Assembly: GCA_964622235.1 (NCBI GenBank) | Contig: CAZUNB010000008.1 | Location: 1 to 33,806 of the forward strand | Origin: an uncultured Candidatus Saccharibacteria bacterium | GTDB lineage: Bacteria; Patescibacteriota; Saccharimonadia; Saccharimonadales; JAGPDM01 | Reading direction: 5' to 3' | Length of the DNA: 33,806 nucleotides | Part shown: positions 24,615 through 32,110 of the stretch, piece by piece | How positions within the stretch are numbered: the stretch's first letter is position 1 | How the letters are laid out: every line of letters starts with the position of its first letter | Notes under the pieces: model-generated | What the model saw: only the letters and a program-made list of their open reading frames with translations | Told to the model about the DNA's origin: nothing | The model's database searches: none | Made by a program: the position numbers and the translations under genes

Positions 24615-25306
24615 TAATTCTTTCTGCTTTTTAAGTGTGGATTTGACTGTATAAAATTATTAATAAATTGTGAAAATAGTCCAGTGTGTCTTTGACTCCT
24701 CATGAAAAAATAGCCAGCTGTAATACTAATCGAAGCTCCTACAAGATCAATAATCAAATCAAACATCGTATCCGACAAACTGCCATTTTGCATATTCGTG
24801 CCAATTGTATGATCAAAACTGAACTCTACTATTTCCCATAGAACACCGAATAATGCAGCAATACCAAACGCCAGAAAACTAACAATAAATAAGTTAGCTT
24901 GTAGGCGCTTAGACACTACCAACGTATACAGGAGCAAGAAGCCGGCAAAGCCCGTCATGACACCGGCACTTAAGTGTAGTACATCGTCCCACCACCAAAA
25001 TTTTTCGTAGTAATCACCTAGCTCACCAAGAAATATCGAGCTAAACATAAAAGCAACAATTAGAAAACTGTATTCCATCGGTAGACTTACGCTGTAGCGA
25101 TATTCAATTATATCAGGCAAAAATAGCAGTAGTAGCCCAATTATACAGATTAGAATTAGCTCGATATTACCATGACTAACTAGGCTGAAGATGCTGACTA
25201 TTAATGCGATGACTCGTAGTATCCAGATAATGACGATTTGAATTTTGTCATCTAATGTTCTCTCTCGAAATGAAAGACGTTGGTTTGTTGTTTTCTGACT
25301 ATCCAT
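24614..25306 (-). CDS. Hypothetical polytopic membrane protein (possibly YjdF/DUF2238-like)
   Basis: 230-aa ORF with about 6 hydrophobic helices. The motifs WWWDDVLHLSAGVMTGF and LWEIVEFSFD recall YjdF-type proteins, but that is from memory only. It overlaps the purF stop by 8 nt. Confidence 0.6.
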   Translation of the reverse strand: MDSQKTTNQRLSFRERTLDDKIQIVIIWILRVIALIVSIFSLVSHGNIELILICIIGLLLLFLPDIIEYRYSVSLPMEYSFLIVAFMFSSIFLGELGDYYEKFWWWDDVLHLSAGVMTGFAGFLLLYTLVVSKRLQANLFIVSFLAFGIAALFGVLWEIVEFSFDHTIGTNMQNGSLSDTMFDLIIDLVGASISITAGYFFMRSQRHTGLFSQFINNFIQSNPHLKSRKN

Positions 25307-26804
25307 TTACTATTAGTTTTTCACTCAGTTTCTTTCTGGCTGCCAACTCAATACGAATTTGGTTAAGGTGCTCAAGATAAGTATCATCGATATCACCTGT
25401 CACATACTCACCGGTGAAACACGACATGTCTAGTTGTTTAATTTTTGGGTTTAAATCGATAATGCTATCGCGTAGATCATCAACCTTTTGATAAATCATG
25501 GCATCTGCACCAATGTGCTCAGCTACCTGTTTTTCAGTACGATTATGCGCTACCATCTCATCTCGTGTTGGCATATCGATACCATACACGTTCGGTGAAA
25601 TAATTGGTGGTGCAGCAGTAGCGAAAAATACTTTATTCGCACCAGCAGCCCGCGCCATTTCAATCAACTTCTTTGATGTATTACCTCGTACGAGTGAGTC
25701 ATCAACCAAAAGAACATTTCTACCTTTAAACTGAGAATTAATCGTGTTCAATTTCTTTCGAACAGAGTTACGGCGTTCTGCTTGACTGCTCATAATAAAC
25801 GTTCGACCAATGTAACGGTTCTTAACCAGGCCACCACTATACTCAAGATTGAGGTTTTTTGATAATTGTAAGGCAGCAGTTCTACCACTGTCGGGAACTG
25901 GCATGACCACATCGATCTGCTTGAGAATGTCTTGATAATTTTTCTTGATATTCTCAGCCAGCTTGTTGCCCATCAAAACGCGGGAATCATAAACAGAAAT
26001 ACCATTCATGACTGAATCAGGTCTAGCAAAGTAAACATATTCAAATGCGCACGGTACGAGACGAGGATTTTTAGCACATTGCTTGGCGCTAAAATCACCA
26101 TACTTATCAATAAATACCGCCTCACCTGGTTCAACATCACGCATAAATTTAAAGCCTAAAGCCTCTAGTGCTACCGATTCGGATGCAATCATATAATCAG
26201 TTTTATCAGGAGTTTCTCTTTGACCAATCACGAGCGGGCGAATGCCATATGGGTCACGCACACCGAGCACTCCATAACCAGCAATCATAGCCACAAATGC
26301 ATAAGCACCTCGGACAATATCGTGCAATCGGGCGACAGCATTGAATAAATCATCTGGCGTCATCTTTACCGAGTCAACTACTTCAAGATTATCAGCCAAA
26401 ACATTCAGCAAAACTTCAGAATCAGAGGTTGTACTAACATGACGGTGCTTCTTCTCGAACAGCTCTTTCTTAAGCTGAACTGCATTAGTTATGTTGCCGT
26501 TATGTGCCAAGCCAATACCGAAAGGACTGCTAACAAAAAATGGCTGAGCTTCTGAGGCTGAGTCACATCCAGCTGTTGGGTAGCGACAATGCCCAATACC
26601 AATCATTCCAGTAAGGTCCTGCATTTGCTTAGCTTTAAAGATGTCTTGGACTAAGCCATTATTCTTGTAGCTATGAATCGTTGCATCAGGGTCGCTTGTC
26701 ATGATCCCAGCTGCATCTTGTCCGCGGTGTTGGAGCATTATCATGGCGTCGTACAGCGTCTGGTTGACGGGTGAGGAATCGATGATACCGACAATTGCAC
26801 ACAT
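25299..26804 (-). CDS. purF: Amidophosphoribosyltransferase (glutamine-PRPP amidotransferase), E. coli-like form without a propeptide
   Basis: 501-aa ORF. MCAIVGI carries the N-terminal nucleophile Cys. Other motifs: LQHRGQDAAGI, GHCRYPTAG, and the PRPP loop NVLLVDDSLVRGNTS. It aligns closely by eye with my recollection of E. coli PurF. TAAGGAG SD. Confidence 0.95.
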   Translation of the reverse strand: MCAIVGIIDSSPVNQTLYDAMIMLQHRGQDAAGIMTSDPDATIHSYKNNGLVQDIFKAKQMQDLTGMIGIGHCRYPTAGCDSASEAQPFFVSSPFGIGLAHNGNITNAVQLKKELFEKKHRHVSTTSDSEVLLNVLADNLEVVDSVKMTPDDLFNAVARLHDIVRGAYAFVAMIAGYGVLGVRDPYGIRPLVIGQRETPDKTDYMIASESVALEALGFKFMRDVEPGEAVFIDKYGDFSAKQCAKNPRLVPCAFEYVYFARPDSVMNGISVYDSRVLMGNKLAENIKKNYQDILKQIDVVMPVPDSGRTAALQLSKNLNLEYSGGLVKNRYIGRTFIMSSQAERRNSVRKKLNTINSQFKGRNVLLVDDSLVRGNTSKKLIEMARAAGANKVFFATAAPPIISPNVYGIDMPTRDEMVAHNRTEKQVAEHIGADAMIYQKVDDLRDSIIDLNPKIKQLDMSCFTGEYVTGDIDDTYLEHLNQIRIELAARKKLSEKLIVNG

Positions 26805-26878
26805 GTGCTGCTCTCCTTATAGGTAAATAATTATAGCAAAATTAACAGTTATTAGATAGCTGCGTTGCGTAAAGATTT

Positions 26879-27820
26879 TTAGTCGAATAAACTGCTGATT
26901 GAATCAGCATTGTGAACACGACGGATGGCTTCAGAAAGAAGATTGGCAATACTAAGTACCTCAATCTTAGAGTGATTGATTTTTTCTGGTGGCTGTTCAA
27001 TGGTGTTGGTTGTGAATAGGGTTTCAATCTCGCTACTCTCAAGTCGCTCAAGCGCAGGGCCAGACAAAACACCATGTGTAGCGACTGCAAAAACTCGTTT
27101 GGCACCAGCTTTTTTTAATGCTTCGGCAGCCGAAACCAACGAACCACCTGTGGCAATAATATCATCAGTTAGAATCGCGTCTTTACCTTCGATATCTCCT
27201 AGCACATATGCTGCCAAAGTTTCTCGATCACTCATACGGCGCTTATCGACAATACCAATTTCGCAGTTTAATCGTTTTGCAAAACCAAGTGCCATTTTTA
27301 CGGCGCCAGCATCGGGGCTAATTACGACCGGATTATCAGTTACTTGTTTAAGTCGCTCTACGAAAAGATTAACAGCATAGATATGATCAAGCGGTATATC
27401 AAAAAACCCTTGGATTTGGTGAGCGTGTAAATCAACAGTAACCACACGATCAGCACCAGCTGCGGTCAAAAGATTAGCAATCAACTTAGCGGTTATTGGT
27501 ACGCGTGGACGATCTTTACGATCTTGGCGAGCGTAACCATAATATGGGAGGACGACAGTAATACGACCAGCCGACGCACGACGGAGCGCATCGAGCGTAA
27601 TGAATAATTCCATATAATTTTGGTTAGGTGGAAAGCTGGTGCCCTGCAAGATAAAGACATCATCACCACGAACCGCCTGATTAATTTTAACTCTGGTTTC
27701 ACCATCGCTGAAACTATCGATCTGGGCGTTACCTAGCTCAATTCCAAGCTTTTCTGTGATTTCTTTTGCAAGCGAAAGATTGGAATTTCCCGAAAACAAC
27801 ATTATCTTTTTGGAGTCCAT
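26879..27820 (-). CDS. prs: Ribose-phosphate pyrophosphokinase (PRPP synthetase)
   Basis: MDSKKIMLFSGNSNLSLAKEI..., then VTVDLHAHQIQGFF, and the PRPP-binding loop AILTDDIIATGGSL. The ATG at 27820 has an AAGGA SD. The track's TTG at 27850 adds 10 doubtful codons. Confidence 0.94.
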   Translation of the reverse strand: MDSKKIMLFSGNSNLSLAKEITEKLGIELGNAQIDSFSDGETRVKINQAVRGDDVFILQGTSFPPNQNYMELFITLDALRRASAGRITVVLPYYGYARQDRKDRPRVPITAKLIANLLTAAGADRVVTVDLHAHQIQGFFDIPLDHIYAVNLFVERLKQVTDNPVVISPDAGAVKMALGFAKRLNCEIGIVDKRRMSDRETLAAYVLGDIEGKDAILTDDIIATGGSLVSAAEALKKAGAKRVFAVATHGVLSGPALERLESSEIETLFTTNTIEQPPEKINHSKIEVLSIANLLSEAIRRVHNADSISSLFD

Positions 27821-27882
27821 GTATCGCAATCCTTGTTTAGCGTCTAGCAACTAGTGTAGCACTATCTGACAGATGATAAGAA

Positions 27883-28216
27883 TTATTTTTTATCTTTGAA
27901 ATCAAGACTCAATGAATTAAGACAGAAGCGTTGACCAGTAGTTTCTTTCGGTCCGTCGTCAAACACATGTCCGAGATGACCGCCACAATTACTACAGGTA
28001 ACTTCAGTACGAATCATAAAGTGGGATGTATCTTTACTGTACGTAACACTTCCGTCGATCGCTTGGTCAAAAGTCGGCCAGCCACAATTGCTATCAAATT
28101 TGGAAGAACTGTCGAACAATGCTTGGTCGTAAGCTCCCCGAAAATGGCGCTTCAGTTGCTTTCTCAAACAAAACTTTTTTTTGTTTATCAGTTAGGCTTT
28201 TATTTATTTGATTCAT
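27883..28216 (-). pseudogene. msrB: Methionine-R-sulfoxide reductase MsrB, disrupted by a +1 frameshift and an internal deletion
   Basis: From the ATG at 28216, one frame reads [27 protein letters not shown], a typical MsrB N-terminus. It then runs into a stop at [13 protein letters not shown]. The rest of the enzyme lies in another frame: [17 protein letters not shown]...[10 protein letters not shown]...RFCLNS. The span is 334 nt, which is 3n+1. Confidence 0.6.
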
Positions 28217-28236
28217 GCTTGTAATTGTAGCAAATT

Positions 28237-28264
28237 TTGAAGTTCACCTCTAGTAGCGTATACT
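28237..28264 (+). promoter_or_regulatory. Candidate sigma-70 promoter (TTGAAG-N16-TATACT) for ilvC
   Basis: -35 at 28237-28242 and -10 at 28259-28264. It is followed by the strong SD GAAGGAGG (28281-28288) and the ATG at 28294. Confidence 0.45.
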
Positions 28265-28293
28265 TGAAAATACTGAAAAAGAAGGAGGTTTTG

Positions 28294-29757
28294 ATGGCCT
28301 TTACATCAAATGTTTTTACAACCGAAACTGTCGACTTCGCTGGCGAGCAGGAAACTATCGTCCGTGGTGGACGGAATCTATTCGATAAACTAGCCGAAGG
28401 TTTTGGCGATATCAAGAAAATTTCTGTGATTGGTTGGAGCTCACAAGGCCCTGCTCAAGCTCAGAACCTCCGCGATTCACTCAAAGGAACTGATATCACC
28501 GTTGGTGTTGGTCTACGTGAAGGTTCGAGCAGTTTTGCCAAGGCAGAAACTGCTGGGTTTAGTCGTGATAATGAAACGCTTGGTGAAATGTATGACATGA
28601 TTTCAAAATCTGACATGACTATCCTGCTAATTTCCGATGCTGCACAGGCAGAAAACTGGCAGAAAATTACCGAAGCTATGAAACCTGGCAGCACACTTGG
28701 TTTGAGCCATGGTTTCCTTCTCGGCTACGTAAAAAGTATTGGCCAATCAATCCGTGAGGACATCAATATCATCGGTGTATGTCCAAAAGGAATGGGACCA
28801 TCAGTTCGTCGCCTATACGAGCAAGGCAAAGAAACTGAAGGAGCAGGAATCAATTGTAGTTTTGCGGTTGAACAAGATGTTTCTGGAAACTCTAACGAAG
28901 TTGCACTCGCATGGGCAGTCGGTCTCGGTGCACCGTTTGTCTTCCAAACAACACTCGAGATGGAGTATCGCTCTGACATTTTTGGTGAGCGAGGAATCTT
29001 GCTCGGTGGCGTTCATGCTATGATCGAAGTCCTAAATCGCTACTTCGTACGTGAAGGACGATCAAGCGAACAAGCTTTCCGCGACACCGCCGAAGTTATC
29101 ACTGGTCCACTCAGCCAAACGATTTCTCATGATGGGCTAAAAGCTGTTTATGATGAGCTAAATGATGATCAGCAAGCTGAACTTCGTCAGGCCTACAACG
29201 CAGCTTATGAGCCATTCGCAGCAATTCTTGATGAGATCTACACCGAAGTGCACAGTGGCCGCGAATTTGGCAGTGTCATCGACACCGTTAAACGACTTGA
29301 GAAATTTCCACTCAGTAACATCAGCAACACTGAAGTCTGGCGTGTCGGCGAACAAGTCCGTAAAAATCGTGATGAAAATCAAGCCGTTGATCCGACCACA
29401 GCAGGGTTCTACCTTGCTTGTATGGTTGCTCAAGTTGATCTACTCAAGAGCAAGGGCCATGAATGGAGTGAGGTTGTTAACGAATCTATCATCGAAGCCG
29501 TTGATTCTCTCAATCCATATATGCACGCCCAAGGTGTTGCCTATATGGTTGATAATTGTTCAATGACTGCCAAGCTCGGTAGTCGTAAGTGGGCTCCACA
29601 ATTTGATTACCGCCTAGAACAGCAAGCCATCACGGTTCTCGATGGTGTTCGTGATGAAGATAATTCTCCATTCGAACGCTTCGAAAACCATGATGTTCAT
29701 GCTGCTATGAAGACTGCTTCAAAGCTTCGACCTTCAGTCGACATTAGCGTAGTCTAG
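28294..29757 (+). CDS. ilvC: Ketol-acid reductoisomerase, class II (long, plant-like form)
   Basis: 487 aa from the ATG at 28294, 5 nt after GAAGGAGG. The track's TTG at 28237 is unlikely. Motifs seen: VIGWSSQGPAQAQNLRDSL, LGLSHGFLLG, SDIFGERGILLGGVH, and VDSLNPYMHAQGVAYMVDNCSMTAKLGSRKWAPQFDY. These closely match my recollection of plant class II KARI rather than E. coli IlvC. Confidence 0.9.
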   Translation: MAFTSNVFTTETVDFAGEQETIVRGGRNLFDKLAEGFGDIKKISVIGWSSQGPAQAQNLRDSLKGTDITVGVGLREGSSSFAKAETAGFSRDNETLGEMYDMISKSDMTILLISDAAQAENWQKITEAMKPGSTLGLSHGFLLGYVKSIGQSIREDINIIGVCPKGMGPSVRRLYEQGKETEGAGINCSFAVEQDVSGNSNEVALAWAVGLGAPFVFQTTLEMEYRSDIFGERGILLGGVHAMIEVLNRYFVREGRSSEQAFRDTAEVITGPLSQTISHDGLKAVYDELNDDQQAELRQAYNAAYEPFAAILDEIYTEVHSGREFGSVIDTVKRLEKFPLSNISNTEVWRVGEQVRKNRDENQAVDPTTAGFYLACMVAQVDLLKSKGHEWSEVVNESIIEAVDSLNPYMHAQGVAYMVDNCSMTAKLGSRKWAPQFDYRLEQQAITVLDGVRDEDNSPFERFENHDVHAAMKTASKLRPSVDISVV

Positions 29758-29766
29758 CACTGTCTA

Positions 29767-30096
29767 TTAGTTATGATCTTCTTCAACGTCAGATTCTTCT
29801 TGGCTTGTTTCAGCTAACTCTATTGAACTTTCTGCCAACTCACCAAGTAATATATCAGCTTCATCTTCGATAATGTCGATGTATTCAGGTAGGTTCTCTT
29901 GCAACCAAGCTGCCTTATCCTCGTCAGATTCTATAGCCATCAGCTCGGCTAGTTCTTCATCTGTTAATTGTTCTGCGATTTCAAGACCAACTCTCTCATT
30001 CAGCGTATCGGTGATGTGTTTCAGCATTTCTGCTGTCTCATCTCCATTTAATTCTATACCTAGTGACTTTAGTAGTTTTTCATTAATTTCTATCAT
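29767..30096 (-). CDS. Small acidic helical protein, paralog of the ORF at 31747-32094 (unknown function)
   Basis: 109-aa ORF, very Asp/Glu-rich, with no TM or signal peptide. It has an AAGGAG SD and starts 30 nt after the stop of the 495-aa ORF. It shares LLKSLGIE / ILKSLGYE and GELAES / GELRES with the other small ORF. Confidence 0.75.
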   Translation of the reverse strand: MIEINEKLLKSLGIELNGDETAEMLKHITDTLNERVGLEIAEQLTDEELAELMAIESDEDKAAWLQENLPEYIDIIEDEADILLGELAESSIELAETSQEESDVEEDHN

Positions 30097-30126
30097 TTCT
30101 ATTCTCCTTTTATATTTTTGTTTTAA

Positions 30127-31614
30127 TTATGCAGCTTGTTGCGCATTTTCTAGTACATCTTCCCCTCGAGCACTAGCTTCTCGTGACTCAAGCGCTGCTT
30201 CAGCACGAGCCTTGAGCGTTTTACTCGTTTGTCTTCCAATCGCAGTTGCTTCTTCTTGGCTGAGTTCGGGTTGTTGATCTGTACCTACTACATCAACTCC
30301 GCTGTCAGTAGGTTGTGGCTCTGTAGTTTCAGTGGCTTCTCGCGCCTCTCGTCTGGCCATCCTTTGATTAGTAATTTGTTCTGCTGTTAGGTATTCTGTC
30401 GCACTGGTAGTTCCAGCAGACTCTTCTGGTGATAATCCCACAATATCAAGATCTCTTTGATCTAGCCTGGCTGCCTTCTGCTCAGCTTTACGCTGTTTTT
30501 TATCTAGTTGAAGTACATCCAACTGCGCTTTTCTTTCAGCGAACTCTGCTGCATTATTTAGTTTATTCGCATCATGCAACTGATCTAGCTCTGCTCTGAA
30601 TCTTGCCTTGTTATCAGCTTTTGCTTTGGCTAATTGATCAAGTTCGTCTTTAAATTGTGCCTTCGCATCGGCTTTGTCTGTACGTGCTTCTTGACGAGCT
30701 TGTCTTTTTTCGTCTCTAGTATCCAGACGAGCTTGCTTCAGTGCATCGGCTTCGGCTCTTCGTGCAGCTCGATTTGCTTCAAGTGATTTTTGGTTAGCTT
30801 GGCGTTCTGCCTGGTTGGCTTGACGTGTCTCACGGCGTGCATCTTGACGATCAGCTCGAGCAGCTATTCGTGCAAGCTTGCGACCACTAGCTGCTTCGGC
30901 CTTATCTTTGAAAAAGGTTCGAGTTGATTCAACTCCACGGCCCATAGCCTCAGTCGCGTTTTTTGCGGACTGTTCTGCCCTAAACATACCGTCACCTAAA
31001 ACACCTACGGTTTTATCGAGACCTGTATTTAACGTATTACCAGCTTTAAGCATGCCGTTGCCAGCTGCTTTTGCTGCCCTCAACACAGAATTTCCTAACA
31101 TTTTCACAGGTTCTGTGACTAAGAATATGGCCTCAACGCCGACGCCTATAGCAATATCTTTAGTTACATCTAAACTAGTTTGTGCAATGGATTTTATTCG
31201 ATCACTTGCACTATGAACACGAGCCCCAAAAGCTTCTCTAGTATCAGAAGTAACTTCCGAAAGTGTACGTCGGTTGTTAATTCCTTCAGCTAATCTTCCG
31301 GCTATATTAGCTACGCGGCCTAACAGTCTAGCTGAAGCGCGATCTCTCGATTTTTCGCCGTCTTCTGGCGAAGATGGTTGTTCGCTTTCCGCCTGTGAGG
31401 TTCCTCGCGCCTCTAGTACGTGCGCAGGCTGTAATTCGTCATCAACAACGAATCTTTCTCCGTCAACGGTGAAAGATATTTCGTCTGGATGGCGCCCGTC
31501 CGAAGCTTCTTGATCATCTGGCTGTTGATCACCGACTAAAGTTACTACTGTAGGGTCTAATTCACCCATTCCCGGATTTCGCCCTGCACCTGATTCTGGT
31601 CCATCTTTATACAT
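30127..31614 (-). CDS. Hypothetical 495-aa highly charged protein (acidic N-terminus, Gly-rich amphipathic core, Arg/Ala/Gln/Glu/Lys hypercharged helix)
   Basis: A long ORF with an AAGGA SD and its own candidate promoter. Its GC content is higher than the surrounding DNA in spot counts of single 60-nt lines (about 50-55% versus 35-40%). No enzymatic motif or family recognised. Confidence 0.75.
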   Translation of the reverse strand: MYKDGPESGAGRNPGMGELDPTVVTLVGDQQPDDQEASDGRHPDEISFTVDGERFVVDDELQPAHVLEARGTSQAESEQPSSPEDGEKSRDRASARLLGRVANIAGRLAEGINNRRTLSEVTSDTREAFGARVHSASDRIKSIAQTSLDVTKDIAIGVGVEAIFLVTEPVKMLGNSVLRAAKAAGNGMLKAGNTLNTGLDKTVGVLGDGMFRAEQSAKNATEAMGRGVESTRTFFKDKAEAASGRKLARIAARADRQDARRETRQANQAERQANQKSLEANRAARRAEADALKQARLDTRDEKRQARQEARTDKADAKAQFKDELDQLAKAKADNKARFRAELDQLHDANKLNNAAEFAERKAQLDVLQLDKKQRKAEQKAARLDQRDLDIVGLSPEESAGTTSATEYLTAEQITNQRMARREAREATETTEPQPTDSGVDVVGTDQQPELSQEEATAIGRQTSKTLKARAEAALESREASARGEDVLENAQQAA

Positions 31615-31663
31615 ATTTTCCTTTTTTTTGTTCTATGGTTTTTTATTTTTATAACGTAAGTAT

Positions 31664-31692
31664 ACAATAGCAAATCATTGCATATTTGTCAA
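31664..31692 (-). promoter_or_regulatory. Candidate extended -10 sigma-70 promoter (TTGACA-N17 ending TGc-TATTGT) for the 495-aa ORF
   Basis: Minus-strand reading: TTGACAaatatgcaatgattTGcTATTGT. The -35 is a perfect consensus at 31692-31687. The -10 is at 31669-31664, preceded by a TGn motif. Confidence 0.5.
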
Positions 31693-31746
31693 TATATTAA
31701 ATCATATTTTATAATATTTCGGTAAATGGCTCAGATCAAATATAGT

Positions 31747-32094
31747 CTACTCTGTAAAGTGAGCGAGCATTTCATCGTTGCTCTCTCGTAGCTCACCAGC
31801 GTAGATATCCATCTCCAGCAAAAAGACATCAAAATAATCGTAGCCGATGGAAGATAGAAATTGCACAACTTCCGGTGCCATATCACCATATTGCGTCTGT
31901 AGAGCATCCATTTTAGTCAGGTTTTCTTCAGTTTTCAGGTATTCTTCAAGCCGAAGGAAAGCCCGGCTCTGGACAACTGTCATAAAGTCCTTGGCAAACT
32001 CAGAAGTTTGTTCAGTACTGGCATTTTCATACCCTAAAGATTTTAATATTTTCGCTAATTTTTCTTCGACTAATTGATTTTTGTTTTCGTTCAT
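31747..32094 (-). CDS. Small acidic helical protein, paralog of the ORF at 29767-30096 (unknown function)
   Basis: 115-aa acidic ORF with no TM. It starts 16 nt after the stop of the large upstream ORF, and that spacer carries an AAGGGGA SD. Confidence 0.75.
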   Translation of the reverse strand: MNENKNQLVEEKLAKILKSLGYENASTEQTSEFAKDFMTVVQSRAFLRLEEYLKTEENLTKMDALQTQYGDMAPEVVQFLSSIGYDYFDVFLLEMDIYAGELRESNDEMLAHFTE

Positions 32095-32110
32095 TGTTTC
32101 CCCTTATGTA

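Noticed and set aside
28200-28415. A 71-aa minus-strand ORF, and the 28237 TTG start given for ilvC in the track.
   Set aside because: The minus ORF is antisense to the ilvC 5' end and promoter. The real msrB N-terminus begins at the ATG at 28216 in another frame. ilvC has a consensus GAAGGAGG SD placed for the ATG at 28294, not for the TTG at 28237.
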